DNA from: Octopus vulgaris
Lineage: Eukaryota
Reading direction: 5' to 3'
Length of the DNA stretch: 64,000 nucleotides
Assembly (NCBI GenBank): GCA_951406725.2
Contig: OX597817.1
Span: 71,548,001-71,612,000 of the forward strand
Part shown: piece after piece, positions 29,165-43,031 of the stretch
Numbering within the stretch: position 1 is the first letter of the stretch
Layout of the letters: each line of letters begins with the position of its first letter
Made by a program: the position numbers and the translations under genes
The notes under the pieces: generated by a model
Seen by the model: the letters and a program-made list of their open reading frames with translations, nothing else
What the model was told of the DNA's origin: nothing
The model's database searches: none

Positions 29165-29302
29165 CATTGTAGGCACAAGGCCCGCAACCATGTGGAAGAG
29201 GCCAGTTGATTACATCGACCCCAGTGCATAACTGGTATTTATTGCATCGACCCCGAAAGGCGCAAAGGCAGAAATCGATCTCGGCGGAATTTGAACTCAG
29301 AA
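29165..29302 (-). mobile_element. SINE family A, 3' part
   Basis: ggcacaaggccc...catcgaccccagtgcataactggta...ctcggcggaatttgaactcagaa. Confidence 0.85.
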
Positions 29303-29464
29303 GTACTTGATATTCTTACCATATTGTACATCAATTCTATCAACTTCAACAGTTTTTTTCCATACTTCACATGCTTCTCGATGCCAAATGCCATTTCAAT
29401 TTTACTACTGAATATTCGTATTTTCACCAATTATTATTTTTTTTGATACTTGTCATTACCATAT

Positions 29465-29850
29465 AGACTAAAATCGGTATAAACTAAAATTTGGAATAAA
29501 CGTTTTTTCCATATTCTTAATCTCCGTATTTTTCCACATAGATTGAAAAAAAAACTGAAAAAGTTATAGATCTAAATTTGGTGGGAGTGGGGAATTCAAA
29601 GTTTTGAAAACATGTTTTTTTTTTGCATATTGGGAATATTCGTCATCGAAAACATAGGAATCCGTTGAAAAAAAAAGATCAGAAGGGTTGTAGGGTGGGG
29701 GGAGCTACATCCCCCTATATAGGTAAGGGCCAAAATTTGCCCACCCCCCGAACCTTCCCCGAATAATGAAAAACCTTCATGCCAAATTCAGTACAGATTG
29801 ATCTAGCGGTGTGGTCGTTAATGGAGGACATACAGTGAATTATATATGTA
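29465..29850. mobile_element. Putative Helentron/DINE-like non-autonomous element
   Basis: The motif catgccaaattcagtacagattgatctagcggt resembles the conserved core of rolling-circle non-autonomous families (from memory). Confidence 0.35.
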
Positions 29851-31099
29851 TAAATGAGATAATTTTGAACATTTGTAGAAAGAGAATGAACAATTTGCGG
29901 ATCGATTATAAAAAGGCATTCAATCTCATTGGTGGAAGAGTCTTCCAAGGAGGCTCCTCTGCTTTGTTTGTAAAAGCGTCGAGTTTTTTGGCGGCTATTA
30001 TAAATAAAGCTAAGGAAGGATTATCCACTGGGAATGAATAAAGCAAAAATGATTCTCCAAATTTTCATGGCTGTTTTAATGCATTATAGTAAAAACAAGA
30101 ATCAAGTGGAAATTTTGATGGAAACGGTAAAAATATTTATTAATGAGATTGGAGTGACATTGGTCAAACTGACTTTTTTAATGAATTAACGAGAGAAACC
30201 CTCTACTTTCGAAAATAACTGCAAAATTTCCTATTGATTCTACCCAGCCGTCTGAAAAACGGCAAGATACATAGTTCTAGATGCACAATGACTAAAAGAA
30301 AAAGATACCAAGGTCATGTTCATGTGTGTTTTCAGTATTTATTTTTCAGTGTCGGATTATCAAATAGAATCGATTTTTGCAATCGTTTGTGGTCAGTTGT
30401 TTTCTGGTACTCATTGCATTGACTGTACCAAATATTTTCATTTGATGGCTTATATTTTGAAATAATTTATTGTGCTTAACAGTCTTGCAATCTTGTTCTG
30501 CGATTATAAAGCTTTGTGTTTCAGCTTTTAAACTAATGCTGTTGGTTCGCTATGCTTGGCTACCTTTATCGTTAATCTTAGATTTGTCGACTTTTCTTGA
30601 ATTTCTTAGCTTGTATTTCTATTTAGATGTATATACAAGTCAATTCTGTTCTTATTTGCTTAACTTTTTCAGTCGATATTATATTTCCATCGTACGCTAA
30701 ATCTATATTTCAGAATTCTATATTTTATCCAATGACATTCTTATCTGTCGGAGATCAAATTATAAAAGTATGCTAGAAGGATCAAGAAACCACCATTTGC
30801 TTATTTATTTACCTATTCATTCTGATTAAGTTATCTTTCATTGCACCATTAACGTTTCCTCATCCATCTCCTGATTCTGATGTTCTTCACTTTAAATCTT
30901 TATTTTGTTTTAGTTGAATTAGTATTAGAATGGTTTCTATTTTCGGTAAGTTAACTTTCTTAGTTAAGCAATAGTTATTCTAAATAATTCTTTATTTGAA
31001 TGAGTCCTTCAGCTGCTCCTTCGCCCTTTCTTTCTTTATCCCCCTCCCCTTTTAATTGCTCATCCTATTCCTTCTCCTTCCTCTTTTCCACGTCCTCCA

Positions 31100-31130
<31 letters not shown>

Positions 31131-31230
31131 CTTCTTCTTCTTCTTCTTCTTCTTCTTCTTCTTCTTCTTTTCTTTTTCTTTTTCTTTTTCTTCTTTTCTT
31201 TTTCTTTTTCTTCTTCTTCTTCTTCTTCTT

Positions 31231-31261
<31 letters not shown>

Positions 31262-31928
31262 ATCTTCTTCTTCTTGTTTCTCTCCAGGAGGTTTATATCA
31301 CTTCCACATCATGTTTTAAAATTTATCATTAATGTTCATTGAAAAATTAATCTACGAGATTTTGTTCCCTTAATTAGCATTCTAATACACTGAATTGCAA
31401 TCAATGTGTTTATTAATTATTTTGCTTTTATTCCCCCCTCCCTCATACAAACGTAACAGTATTCTGTTTTTTATTTTTTACTTTCCCCCTTTACCTGCTA
31501 CATATTGCTTTAACTAAGTCATTCGCTTTTACAAATGCGTTCTTGCTTTTTATAAATATAGAGATATATCTTTTGGAGATTTGACTCAATGGCTGATATA
31601 TTTCCTATCTAATATTCCTTTATTTTTATGTAGTTTGTGTTTTATTTTAATCTCTATATCTAACTTAATTTCTCAAAGATATCTCATAATCTTTCTTCAT
31701 TTTCAATAATTCCTTTTAAAAATTTCTTCATGTATTTTATCGATAAGAAATTATATATTTTTTCATTATTATCTTTATCAATATATTTATTATTCATAGC
31801 TTGGAGAAATATATCAAGAGTTTTCTTTCTACATGGTGAAATGGTATTGCTTGAAATATAATCGTAAAAAATGTCCGTGGTTAACAAATACTATGCAATA
31901 TTGTCATATCAATATTTACTAATCTATA

Positions 31929-32276
31929 GGGCGGCGAGCTGGCAGAATCGTTAGCACGCCGGGCGAAATGCATAGCCGTATTTCGTCTGCCGCTACGTTT
32001 TGAGTTCAAATTCCGCCGAGGTCGACTTTGCTTTCCATCCTTTCGGGGTCGATTAAATAAGTATCAGTTACGCACTGGGGTCGATATAATCGACTTAATC
32101 CGTTTGTCTGTCCTTGTTTGCCCTGTCTGTGTTTAGCCCCTTGTGGATAGTAAAGAAATTGGTATTTCATCTGCTGTTTCGTTCTGAGTTCAAATTCCGC
32201 CGAGGTCGAGTTAATCCCTTTGTCTGTCCTTGTTTGTGCCCTCTATGTTTAGCGCCCTGTGAGCAATAAAGAAATA
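31929..32276 (+). mobile_element. SINE family A dimer with 14-bp target-site duplication
   Basis: Full head; aatatttactaatc at 31911-31924 and 32277-32290. Confidence 0.92.
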
Positions 32277-32368
32277 AATATTTACTAATCCTAGTGTTGC
32301 TGGCTATTTTCTGGACCGTATCCATCTATCCTTTTAGGTAGTATGTTAATGAATTTAGAAAAATGTGA

Positions 32369-32640
32369 AGGCGCATAGCACAGTGGTTAGGATGTTGCAC
32401 TCACGATTGCAAGATTGTGGTTTCGATTCTCAAATCGGCAGTGTGTTGTGTTCTAGAGCAAGACACTTCCTTTCACGATACCCCAGTCCTCTCAGCTGTA
32501 ACCGGGTAATCCGTTCGAGGTGGGCGGATGTTGGCCTGCTCGACCAACCAATAGTATGGAAAAATTCATGAGCTACAGCAATGGGTGTAAGTGCAGTGAT
32601 ACCAGCGATGTAATAACAACATCCGATAAGTTGCTTGATT
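32369..32640 (+). mobile_element. SINE family C
   Basis: aggcgcatagcacagtggttaggatgttgcactcacgattgcaagattgtggtttcgattc...gagcaagacactt. Confidence 0.7.
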
Positions 32641-33041
32641 CATCCTTTCGGAGTCGATAAGTTAAGTAAATGTTGCGTACTGGGATCGATCTAATTGCGA
32701 GCCTTGTACCTAGAGTAAAAACGAATATTATACGAATTCTATTATATGAACACCCAAGTATTAATTTTTTTTTTTTTAAATAGTGAGAATGATACGTATA
32801 AAAAATACGTCTGGTTTAATCTCATGCTTTTCGTTTTATTTCTGGGTCTCGACATTGTACTCCAAACGTTTATCTATTTTCTTAGCTCTGTATTCAGTAA
32901 TCAAACCTCATACCAGGAAGGCTCGGTTAGTAACTATTCTTCTCTTACGAAATTGCATTGCTTTTAAAGCAATATTTGCCATACGGAATTTTTGAAAACA
33001 CTTCGAAGCCAACTTATTTTCTTTGGAAAAATAAGTTGGCT

Positions 33042-33078
<37 letters not shown>

Positions 33079-33325
33079 GACGGGCTTCTTTCAGTTTCCG
33101 TCTACCAAATCCATTTACAAAGCTTTGGTCGGCCGGCCCAAGGGGCCTGAACTCGGAAGCATATGGTTGGGAAGCAAGCTTCTTATCACACAGCTACGCC
33201 TGCGCTATATAAAACATAATTCCAAATAGTTTTATTATAACTGGTCAACCATGACATAACCTCACATCAACAAGTATATGAAAACCAAATATTTGCATAT
33301 GCAAACACACACACACAAACACACA

Positions 33326-33369
<44 letters not shown>

Positions 33370-33984
33370 TATATTTAAAAGCATCATGCCTCCATGCAAT
33401 ACTCTAAAATCTTTAATTAGATTAACAAACGTTTTCTATGAGTCATTCCTGAATCATTCAGTTACGAAAAATCATTTACAGTAGACGTATCCTTAATTAA
33501 TTTTTTTTACAGGTAAAAATCTCTCAAAAATCTATTTAAAAATTCTCTATTAACTTAGAAAACTTACAGACACATTACCATAAAAGGCATACCAAAACGA
33601 ACTTGAGCAAGAAAAAAAAAAAAAAGAAAAAGGCAAACAAAATTTAACAACTTGATAAAATAACAGTCTTAAGCAAATTAACTGATGAATCTAGAAGGGA
33701 TGAACAAATTAAAAACATTGCATCTCACCAACAACTGCAAAAATATAACACAAGGACAAACAAACGCGACACACAAGGACAAACATACAAAATAACCAAT
33801 GAAGTATCAGAAAAATAATCAGTCATTAAGTGCAAAACGCGAACCGGGTAACAAATACAAGTATGAGACTACATGCATACTCACACCAGCGAATGTAAAT
33901 ATTCTACCAAAGCCGAGTTTTAATGCCTGGAGATGGCATTGGCGTGAAGTTTGAGTCGCGTGATTAATTTTTATTTTCTATATA

Positions 33985-34170
33985 CCTGAAATTTGGGGGA
34001 AGGGGCAAGTCGATTACATCGACCCCAGTACTAAACTGGAACTTAATTTATCGACCGCGGAAAGGATGAAGGGCAAAGTCGACCTCGGCGGAATTTGAAC
34101 TCAGAACGTCGCGGCAGATGAAATACCGCTAAGCCCGGCCTACTAACGATTCTGCCAGCTCGCCGCCTTA
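33985..34170 (-). mobile_element. SINE family A
   Basis: Ends in ttctgccagctcgccgcc (reverse complement of the head). Confidence 0.9.
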
Positions 34171-34497
34171 TATACCATGTACTCTATTACATATATTAGA
34201 CATTCCTCTCTTATTCGTTTGCCACAATTAAACGTTCGCTCGTGCGCGTGAGCACAGACACAGACACAAACACAGACACCTTTTTAAATTATAGAAATCT
34301 TAGCTGTGATAGGAAATAGTTATAAATGTAAACATGTTTGCGATATGCAGAAAAAAAAGGTGACAGTTTCAAGACTATCACTTCGCATGTGCGCGTGTGC
34401 TTTTGTCTGTGAGCATATATTTATTATGCATTTAAAAAAAAGATAGGTGGCAACTACTTGAAAATTTCAGTCTGCTCTACCTACCTACCTACTTACC

Positions 34498-34599
<102 letters not shown>

Positions 34600-34840
34600 T
34601 TATATATAACGAATGGACAAAAACAAGTAAAATAGGAAATAAAGCTAAAGTGAAGATCAAATAAATAGTGCGTGTTTTTATTGGCATAATGATCATCCCC
34701 AAATATAACATTATACATAAATACGTATACACACATACATACAAACGTACGTACATACATACATACATTCATACATACATACATACATACATACATACAC
34801 CCCTACACACATTCATACATACATACATGCATACACCCCT

Positions 34841-34886
<46 letters not shown>

Positions 34887-35770
34887 CTAATGTCGAACAG
34901 GGAGAATGGCTGCTCAGCACTGCAGTGATGGATAAATAGTCACCGTCTCGGAGTCGAGCATCAACGTCCCATGTAGCAGTTTTGGTAGTTGCTGAATTTT
35001 TCTCTCGGCATGAAACTAGTGGTAGGCTTGTCAACCCCACTTACACACACACATAATACACACGTACATATATATACACAGACATGTTTTTCACACTCAC
35101 ATACATATAATTTTCCGTTCGGGCCGTCCCAAGCCAGTTTCAGTAAAATATTTCAGTGTTTTGTTTTTCTCCGAGAAAAAGATGCTAGCTCCTCGCACAA
35201 CTCTTCTTTCTGTCAGAAGAAATGATCCTTCTGGATCTTTCTGACTGCGCAACCTACACTGTAAGAAGAGAGAAAAAGAAAAAGAAAGAAAGAAAGAAAA
35301 GAGGAGGAGGAGAAAAAGAAGAAGAAGAAGAAGGAGGAGGAGGAGGAGGAGGAGAAGAAGAAGAAGAAGAAGAAGAAGAAGAAGAAGAAGAAGAAGAAGG
35401 AAAAGAATCGGTCTCCGTAGCAAACTGGCAATTTATGAATCGACTCTCTAAGGATGGAAGGCTAAGCCAATGCTGTAGTGTTTTGAACAAAAATATCAGA
35501 GAGAAGATATAATGAAAGACCATCCATCTGACGTTCAAACAACCCTGCAACTATACACATATTTTTTATTCAAGGAAGTTGAAAACCATAAGTTAAAGAC
35601 AAATCAATAATTTATTGAATATATTATGAATATAACTTCGGAATGAAATTCGTGAATATGACCTACTCAGTAAATTATGTAAAATTGATTTTTCTACCAT
35701 CTAGCCTTTTACATATGAGTGTTTATATTTACCTGATTTCTCTCTGTTTTATATATGTAGATATATATGT

Positions 35771-35833
<63 letters not shown>

Positions 35834-35835
<2 letters not shown>

Positions 35836-36897
35836 GAGCGGTGTTCCACAGGGCACTGTCTTGGGACCACTGCTTTTTATAGTGGCCCTCTCAGATATGC
35901 CCTCAAATGCCCGGATAGCCACTCTGGCCAGCTATGCAGACGATACGAAAGTCTCGCAGAAAATACAGAACCCCAGCGATAATGCACACCTGCAGCAGGA
36001 GTTGGACTCACTCTACAGATGGGCTGAGGATAATAATATGTAGCTTAATTCCAGGCCCTGCGCTACCAGCATCCCAAACTGAATATTAAACTTACAGGAT
36101 ACACTGGTCCACATGGAATTTCAATCCCAGAGCCTAAGTCTGTGAGGGACCTGGGTATCGACATGAGTGATGATACCCCTTTCCAAGTGCACATTACCAG
36201 GATGGCGACAAAGTGCAGACGACTGGCTGGATGGATCCTAAGAACATTCAGAACCAGAGATAAGGAAACCATGATGGTCCTCTGGCGGACATTCGTCCTC
36301 AACCGCCTGGATTACTGCTCACAGCTATGGTCACCCACCAGTGTAAAATTAACAGCGGACCTTGAAGCAATCTAGAGAAGATTCACAAAGAAGATCGTCT
36401 CTTTGCAACAGCTCAGCTACTGGGAAAGGTTGAAACAGCTAAGACTCTACTCCATGGAGAGAAGACGGGAGAGGTATGCAGTAATATACGTCTGGAAGAT
36501 CCTGGAAGGAATTGTGCCGAATTTTGGCATTGTAAGCTACACCAATGCTAGAACGGGACGACACTGCCTGGTGCCAAAGATCTCAGCAATGCCATCACGC
36601 TTCAGGACCAGCTTCTGCAACTGCCTGTGTTTCAAGGGCCCACAGCTTTTTAATATTCTACCAAAGAGTCTGAGGAACTTGCACAAAGTAGATGTAGCGG
36701 TTTTTAAATCAAAGCTGGACATCTTCCTGTCAAGAGTCCCAGATGAACTTACCTCACGGCAAGAGGTGCAAATGAGAGTAGCTATATCAAACTCCATTCT
36801 TCACCAAGTGCCACATGTTAGACGAGGTTCTTCGTAATAACAGTGTAGCACAAAACGGTGGTGCATCAGCATGGCCGCAGCTCTGAGCTGAAACTAG
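35834..36897 (+). mobile_element. 5'-truncated CR1/L2-group LINE (RT C-terminal half, pseudogenised) in (TA)n
   Basis: SGVPQGTVLGPLLF...YADDTK...RDLGI...RLDYCSQLWSP...LSYWERLKQLRLYSMERRRER; internal stops at 36041 and 36373; 3' tail ggtggtgcatcagcatggccgcagctctgagctgaaac. Confidence 0.95.
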
Positions 36898-36915
36898 AGG
36901 AAAAAAATATATATA

Positions 36916-36999
<84 letters not shown>

Positions 37000-37000
<1 letters not shown>

Positions 37001-38148
37001 CTATTATATAAAATCCGTCTGTGTGTGTGTGTGTGTGTCTTCTAGGATCTCTGGCATCCTCCAACCGATTGCGCTCAAATTTGATATGTAGACACTGACG
37101 GTATCAGGGCGTGTGAAGTCTTGAAAAAATTACAAAAATCGATTCCAGGTGAGAAGGCGATCGATAAAGCCGTGGGAACGTGAATTTGTACACGCAAGTA
37201 CATCAGCTGTTCAGCGATCGATACTACGAATACGCGAGAAAAATGCACGTGCAGTTTGCGCCAAAAAAGCCGACTGGCTTGAAATAATGCCACAAAATGC
37301 AGTATATTTAAGAGATCAAAAAAGTAAGATGCAAAAGAGATATTTTCTTCAAACTTCGCATGAAGGAAGGAAAGAATATTTGGTTTTTCTAGAAGTTTTT
37401 TTTTGCCTTAACATCGTTTAACAAAACTAAAAATTTCATTGAAATAAAGGCATGCTTAATTATTTTTTAATGAAAAGAAAACACTGATTGCTTTTTAGTC
37501 AAGCAAGAAAATACTATTTTCTTGCTAATAAATGATTTTTGTTGCCTTAAAGCTTTAAACAAAAAAAAAGTGTGTTTTTTAGTGAAAGAAAACCATTATT
37601 GTATTCAATCAAGATTTTTGAGCTTTATTTCAAGGTGAATGTAGTCAAAAGACTATTTGCTTGCTTCTTAATCGTACAATATTTGCATTTTCTAAACGTA
37701 CACAATTAACCTACAATTGACCAGTTTTTTTGGGGGGTGGGGGGTGAAAATGCGCTACTTTTGCATTTTTAATTACAATTGTGTTATTGTTTTAAAGGTT
37801 GCATCTTCCATTTTTTGTTGTTTTTGTACTGCTTAAAGGCAATTTTCTTTCCTGCCAAGCTTACTGTTTGAACCATGTTTGTGTTCTCCCAGTCAACAGC
37901 CTTATCATTACTGGTACTTTGAACTCTTCGGTTGCATATTTCTGTGAATAAAATCATTTTTCTTTGGAATAGAAAAAAAGTTTATCTTTATTTCTTCTTT
38001 TGCTGGTGTTTCAAATTTAGGTTAAATCAGTGTTTCTCAAAGGGGAGGCCTATGGGACGGTCGGACAAATTGTTTTGAGAAAATTTGGTTTAAATGTTTG
38101 ACAACTCAGCACCGTCCATTGGACGGGGGGGGGGGCGTTTTGTTCGTG

Positions 38149-38199
<51 letters not shown>

Positions 38200-38210
38200 T
38201 TCATAGCTAG
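37000..38210 (+). mobile_element. Non-autonomous Helitron
   Basis: A|TCTATTATATAAAA 5' end followed by (TG)n and ccgattgcgctcaaatttg; 3' end ...ggttcatagCTAG|T. The subterminal hairpin is not clear. Confidence 0.6.
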
Positions 38211-38448
38211 TGGAACCTCAGAAGTGGTAAAATCCAAGTGAGGTGTATACTGCCGGTTACTCTTCAGGCCAAGGATATCTTGATTAGAATAAAGACTGCA
38301 TTCAACTCTTTATACCCCAAGCACTCCTTTAAATTGATGCAAGTCGACATTGATTAATAGCAAACCAATATTTCTCCTTTTCTTACACACACATACAAGT
38401 TTAATCTCTCTTTTTCACACTCTCTTTCTCTGTCTCTCTGTCTCTCTG

Positions 38449-38488
<40 letters not shown>

Positions 38489-38789
38489 CGCACACATATG
38501 TACATATCCTTTAGATAATTTAGACATGTTTTGAATATTAATGGTCCGAATCATGTATAACTATCACGATCTATCATCACTAAAAGCCACTCGACTAGGT
38601 ATCCAGGTATCTGGTATTTCTTGGAGGAATTTGTCCAGATACCATTTGAATGCTAAAGAGTCTTTTACTTTCATATTTCTGTTGAATAAAGCGGGGTCTA
38701 TTAAAGTAAAAAGAAAAAGAAATATGATGCAATGTTGTTAAGTGATGTGAGCGCACCTCGAGGTTGCCAGTATGCTGAAACCAATTTGT

Positions 38790-39085
38790 TTCTATTTCTC
38801 TGCAGTTGGATCCCTGAAATTCAATTTCATGCGATGTGAGCCATGCTATTTAACGTTGTTATTTTTGTAAGGTACCCGTATCGAATTATATACAGGTAAC
38901 CGTGTCATGTTGTGACCAGAAATACCTGTTGTTGATTCTGAACATTACGGATAAAAACGATATTACTGGTGTTGGTGATGAAGACCAGGTTGAGTATGTT
39001 GTCTTATATAGTCAGAGAGGTAATGAATTGTGGCATATTGAGGGCTGTAGTGGTATGAAGGAGAGCTTCCGTATCCCTTCTGTTT
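38790..39085 (-). mobile_element. Old LINE apurinic-endonuclease fragment (CR1/L2-like)
   Basis: MPQFITSLTI*DNILNLVFITN...GISGHN...LNFR (cf. QFVxEPTRxxNILDLVFTN...SDHN...LNF). Confidence 0.5.
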
Positions 39086-40429
39086 AACGCTGTACTTTTT
39101 GACTGGGTCTAGCTCTCTGGTTTGCTTATCTTTAGAAAATTTACTTTTCCCACTAAACATACTTTAGCTTGTGATTTAGCACCATTTAGGATTTCACTTA
39201 TGCGTAATAAAGCATCCTCAAAGTGATTTCCATAATTAACGGGTAATGTCAGTTAACATAATTTTCCGGTAAAAAAAAAGAAATTAACTACATTAAAAAT
39301 AAAATAGTAGTAATATCACTGTAATAAACTATGTTAATAATCCCATAAATAATGATAGATAAATAAACTTAATTAAAATTGCTGATTTATCGGTCAAAAA
39401 CTTGAATCTGTTTGGGCCTTTACTGAAAGGGAAATTTTTTTCCAGGTACACCGTAATAACGGTTATCTCTCATTTTAATTTTCTGTTTTTCAGTGGTGTG
39501 TCGACATGAAAATTAGTTTTGAAATATATGCGATTTTTTCCAATTATTATTTATGCATAAAAATGAATGCTACAAAATTTTTCAAATTATTATACAATAA
39601 CTAGACATAGATATTAAATTGCACAATTTAAGCTCCATAAAACATTGATTAAATTAGTCAATAAATTCAATATTACTTTTCCTTTCTACGGTAAAGTAGG
39701 CAAATCTGTTAAACATTAAATTTCCCATATTATTTCTCAAAGCTAAATTTTTGCTTCAATATTTTTTTTGTTTCTTCATTCGTACTTTTCTATAATTTGA
39801 TTTATACAAATATTGCATAATATTTTGGTAATATCTGTCTTATCGTAAAAGGTAAGTTAAAAGCTCTAAACATTTGACCTCGTATATGGTAGATACACAC
39901 ATACAAACACATACACACATGTGTATATGTATAGATATGTGTGTATGCATGTATATATGTGTGTATATGACTAAAATTAGAAAGCTATAAAATTGCAAAT
40001 TTAATAAAATAACAATTTATCCCTTTTTTCCCTGTATATATTTCGATTTAAATTTACCTTTACAAATTATCCGGTGAAACAGAGACAGAGAATAAAAATA
40101 TGATAATAAAGGTGTTACAAAAAAAAAAGTATGAACCGTTAGTTGTAAAGACCAATTTGAAAATTTTAGAATTCATATGTATATGATACAATGCTAGAGC
40201 GTTTTGTCAACCGCAATCTCTGTTTCCGCAAAAATTATATCACAGTATAAGGCCCTGCAACAAAAAGCTAGTGTCAAAGGCAATCTATCGGAAATTTACC
40301 GTTTTGAGATGCATTCACTGAGATTTTTAAAGTAGTTAGTCAGTCTGTTGAAAACATAAAAAATATACATTACCTTAAGTTCATCGTGACCGCTCCTGGA
40401 TAAAAATATCGAAAAAAATGGCACCTCTC

Positions 40430-40566
40430 TGCCAAACCACGTCGAGCTAGCGTGGCAGAGTAGACCCATGAAACCAATATGATCTCAAGCTCAAATTCAC
40501 GGCTTCCACCGTAGTTGATGGAGAGAACTTGCTGAGGCCTTCGTCCTGCAGTGGACTGAACATAGT
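40430..40566 (+). mobile_element. RTE LINE 3' end fragment
   Basis: WRELAEAFVLQWT; gaggccttcgtcctgcagtggac is a typical RTE terminus. Confidence 0.55.
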
Positions 40567-41094
40567 CAATCCAATTCAGGTTCGTGTAGTATGGCATTAA
40601 AATGATCAAATGCATCAAAGGTCTTTCCCAAGCCATAGACTCTTAAAGCCTGTTTAACGGATTTTGTGGCGTATATATCAACCCTTGGACGGAAGTCGGC
40701 TCGTTGCAGGATTACCCACGATTAAAACGATCAGTGATGTTTATTTTAAACAGAAATTTGAAATCCGTGACAATGCAATTTCATTTTTTTATTAATTATA
40801 TTCGGCTTGAAAGATCCTTCTAAAATATACAGTAAAACAGACAAAAATGAAGAAAAATAATATTTAAGACATAAAATATATTCACCGCTGGTTGCTGAGG
40901 TCGATCTGAAAATGTTCAAATGCAAATGTAATAAAAATTCTCATGAATCTACTGTGTACAGTTGCATCATTTATAATGCCTACACACACATACACACACA
41001 CACACACATTTATATAAGCATATAAATATATTATTACATATATGTATATATGTATATATATATATATATGTACATATATATAAATGGCGTGTAA

Positions 41095-41140
41095 ATGGCG
41101 GTGCCCCAGCATGGCCACAGCTCATTAGCTGAAACTGGAA
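41095..41140 (+). mobile_element. Extremely 5'-truncated LINE tail (same family as 35834) inside (TA)n
   Basis: ggcggtgccccagcatggccacagctcattagctgaaactgg followed by an A-run. Confidence 0.75.
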
Positions 41141-41363
41141 AAAAAATCAAAATATATATATATATATACGTGTGTGTGTGTGTGTAATGTGTTCTACATT
41201 ATATAGGAGTTTGTGTGTATATCTCACACGTAAATATGTATATATATATATATATATACATACATATACATATATATATACGTGTGCGTGTGTGTATTTG
41301 TTTGTATGTGACTGTTTGTGTGAGTGTGTGTGTGTGTGTGTATTTGTTTGTATGTGACTGTTT

Positions 41364-41395
<32 letters not shown>

Positions 41396-41581
41396 CCATT
41401 TATGATCGTGTAAGTATGAAGCTAGCTTTACAAACGTGGTTTTAGTATCGAAGCAATTGTGACAGATCTTAGTGGACGATGCTGATGTAAGTAAAGTTTG
41501 AAACCTATCGGGTTTATATAGACATATGTATGACCGCAAAATGGTTGAACACAAACACATACACACACACACACACGCATG

Positions 41582-41647
<66 letters not shown>

Positions 41648-42662
41648 TGTGTGTATGTATGTATATATGTATGTATATGATCATCATCATAATTATCGTT
41701 TTTAACGTTTTTCTTTATGATGAAACTAATTGAAGACGTCACAATCATTTGACATCGTATCGCTGATTCTCATCATTTGATATGTGACGTTATCATGTCT
41801 TCTCATGTTTCCTAATCTTTCTTCAGTATGGACTCCTTTCATTCTCAGTACACAACAGCATCTCTAATTTTTTCTTCACACCAACAAAACAGCCTCTAAT
41901 ATCATTGCACAGCCTGCTTTCACTAGAAGGAACCAAATGACATCCCTAAACCTCATGCCATCTTGAAATGAGAAACAAAATTGTTTCGAATTTTGACGCA
42001 AGGCAAACAATATTTGGGAAAGAGTCAGGTCGATACAATCTACCCAAGTACTTCACTGGTACTTATTTTATGGACCCCAAAAGGATGAAACGCAAAGCTG
42101 ACCTCGGCGGGATTTGAACTCAGAAAGTAATGGATAATTGTTCTTCAGTACAGTGAAATGTAAATCGAGAAGCAGCGGTTTTCATCGGCAATTAAAAAAC
42201 AAAAAGCGGAATAAACTGGTATATCACAAGGCAGAGAGGCTGTGCAAATGTTTAAGCAGTCTCCAAGTTTCTCCCCCCGCCAGGAAAGAGATACGAAATA
42301 TTTCTTGTTTCATTTCTCACTAACGAAATACATTACACAATGATTTTTTAAAACACTTTTGAACTGTTTATAAAATTAGACACACATTAACTTTGCTGGA
42401 ATGTAATTTGATCAAGAAACTATTCGGTTAAGTCTGACCCTGGGATAAGCAACAACACCTAATGAATTTCAGTTATCAATGACTCTTTATTCTTAATTGA
42501 TATCCACATTAACACTGTCGTCATTTTCTCTGTACTTCACGTACTAATATGTACATATATATCAGCACCCACGCACATACTCAACTACGTCTATGTGCAT
42601 GCATGATGCATACGCACATGACATATATTTAAACATCTATACATACATAAATGCATGGCAAC

Positions 42663-42740
<78 letters not shown>

Positions 42741-42743
<3 letters not shown>

Positions 42744-42969
42744 TTAAATAATAGGTGCAAAAAATTGATATTAATTTCATTAATATCAATTTAAACCAGT
42801 GGTTTAGCATATTGAAAATATCTGAAGATTCAGAAAGATTATATTACATACATATAAGGGGGATGACCACTAGGTGGACATCCAATATGCTAAATGTATA
42901 CCCCCTTAGTGGTCAGACCATATAGAGTCTACATTTAGCATATTGGTTGTCCACCTAGTGGTCATCCCT

Positions 42970-42975
<6 letters not shown>
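42741..42975. repeat. (TA)n-embedded fold-back element
   Basis: 46-bp inverted arms 42853-42898 / 42930-42975 (2 mismatches), plus a perfect 14-bp hairpin at 42762-42792. Confidence 0.85.
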
Positions 42976-43031
<56 letters not shown>

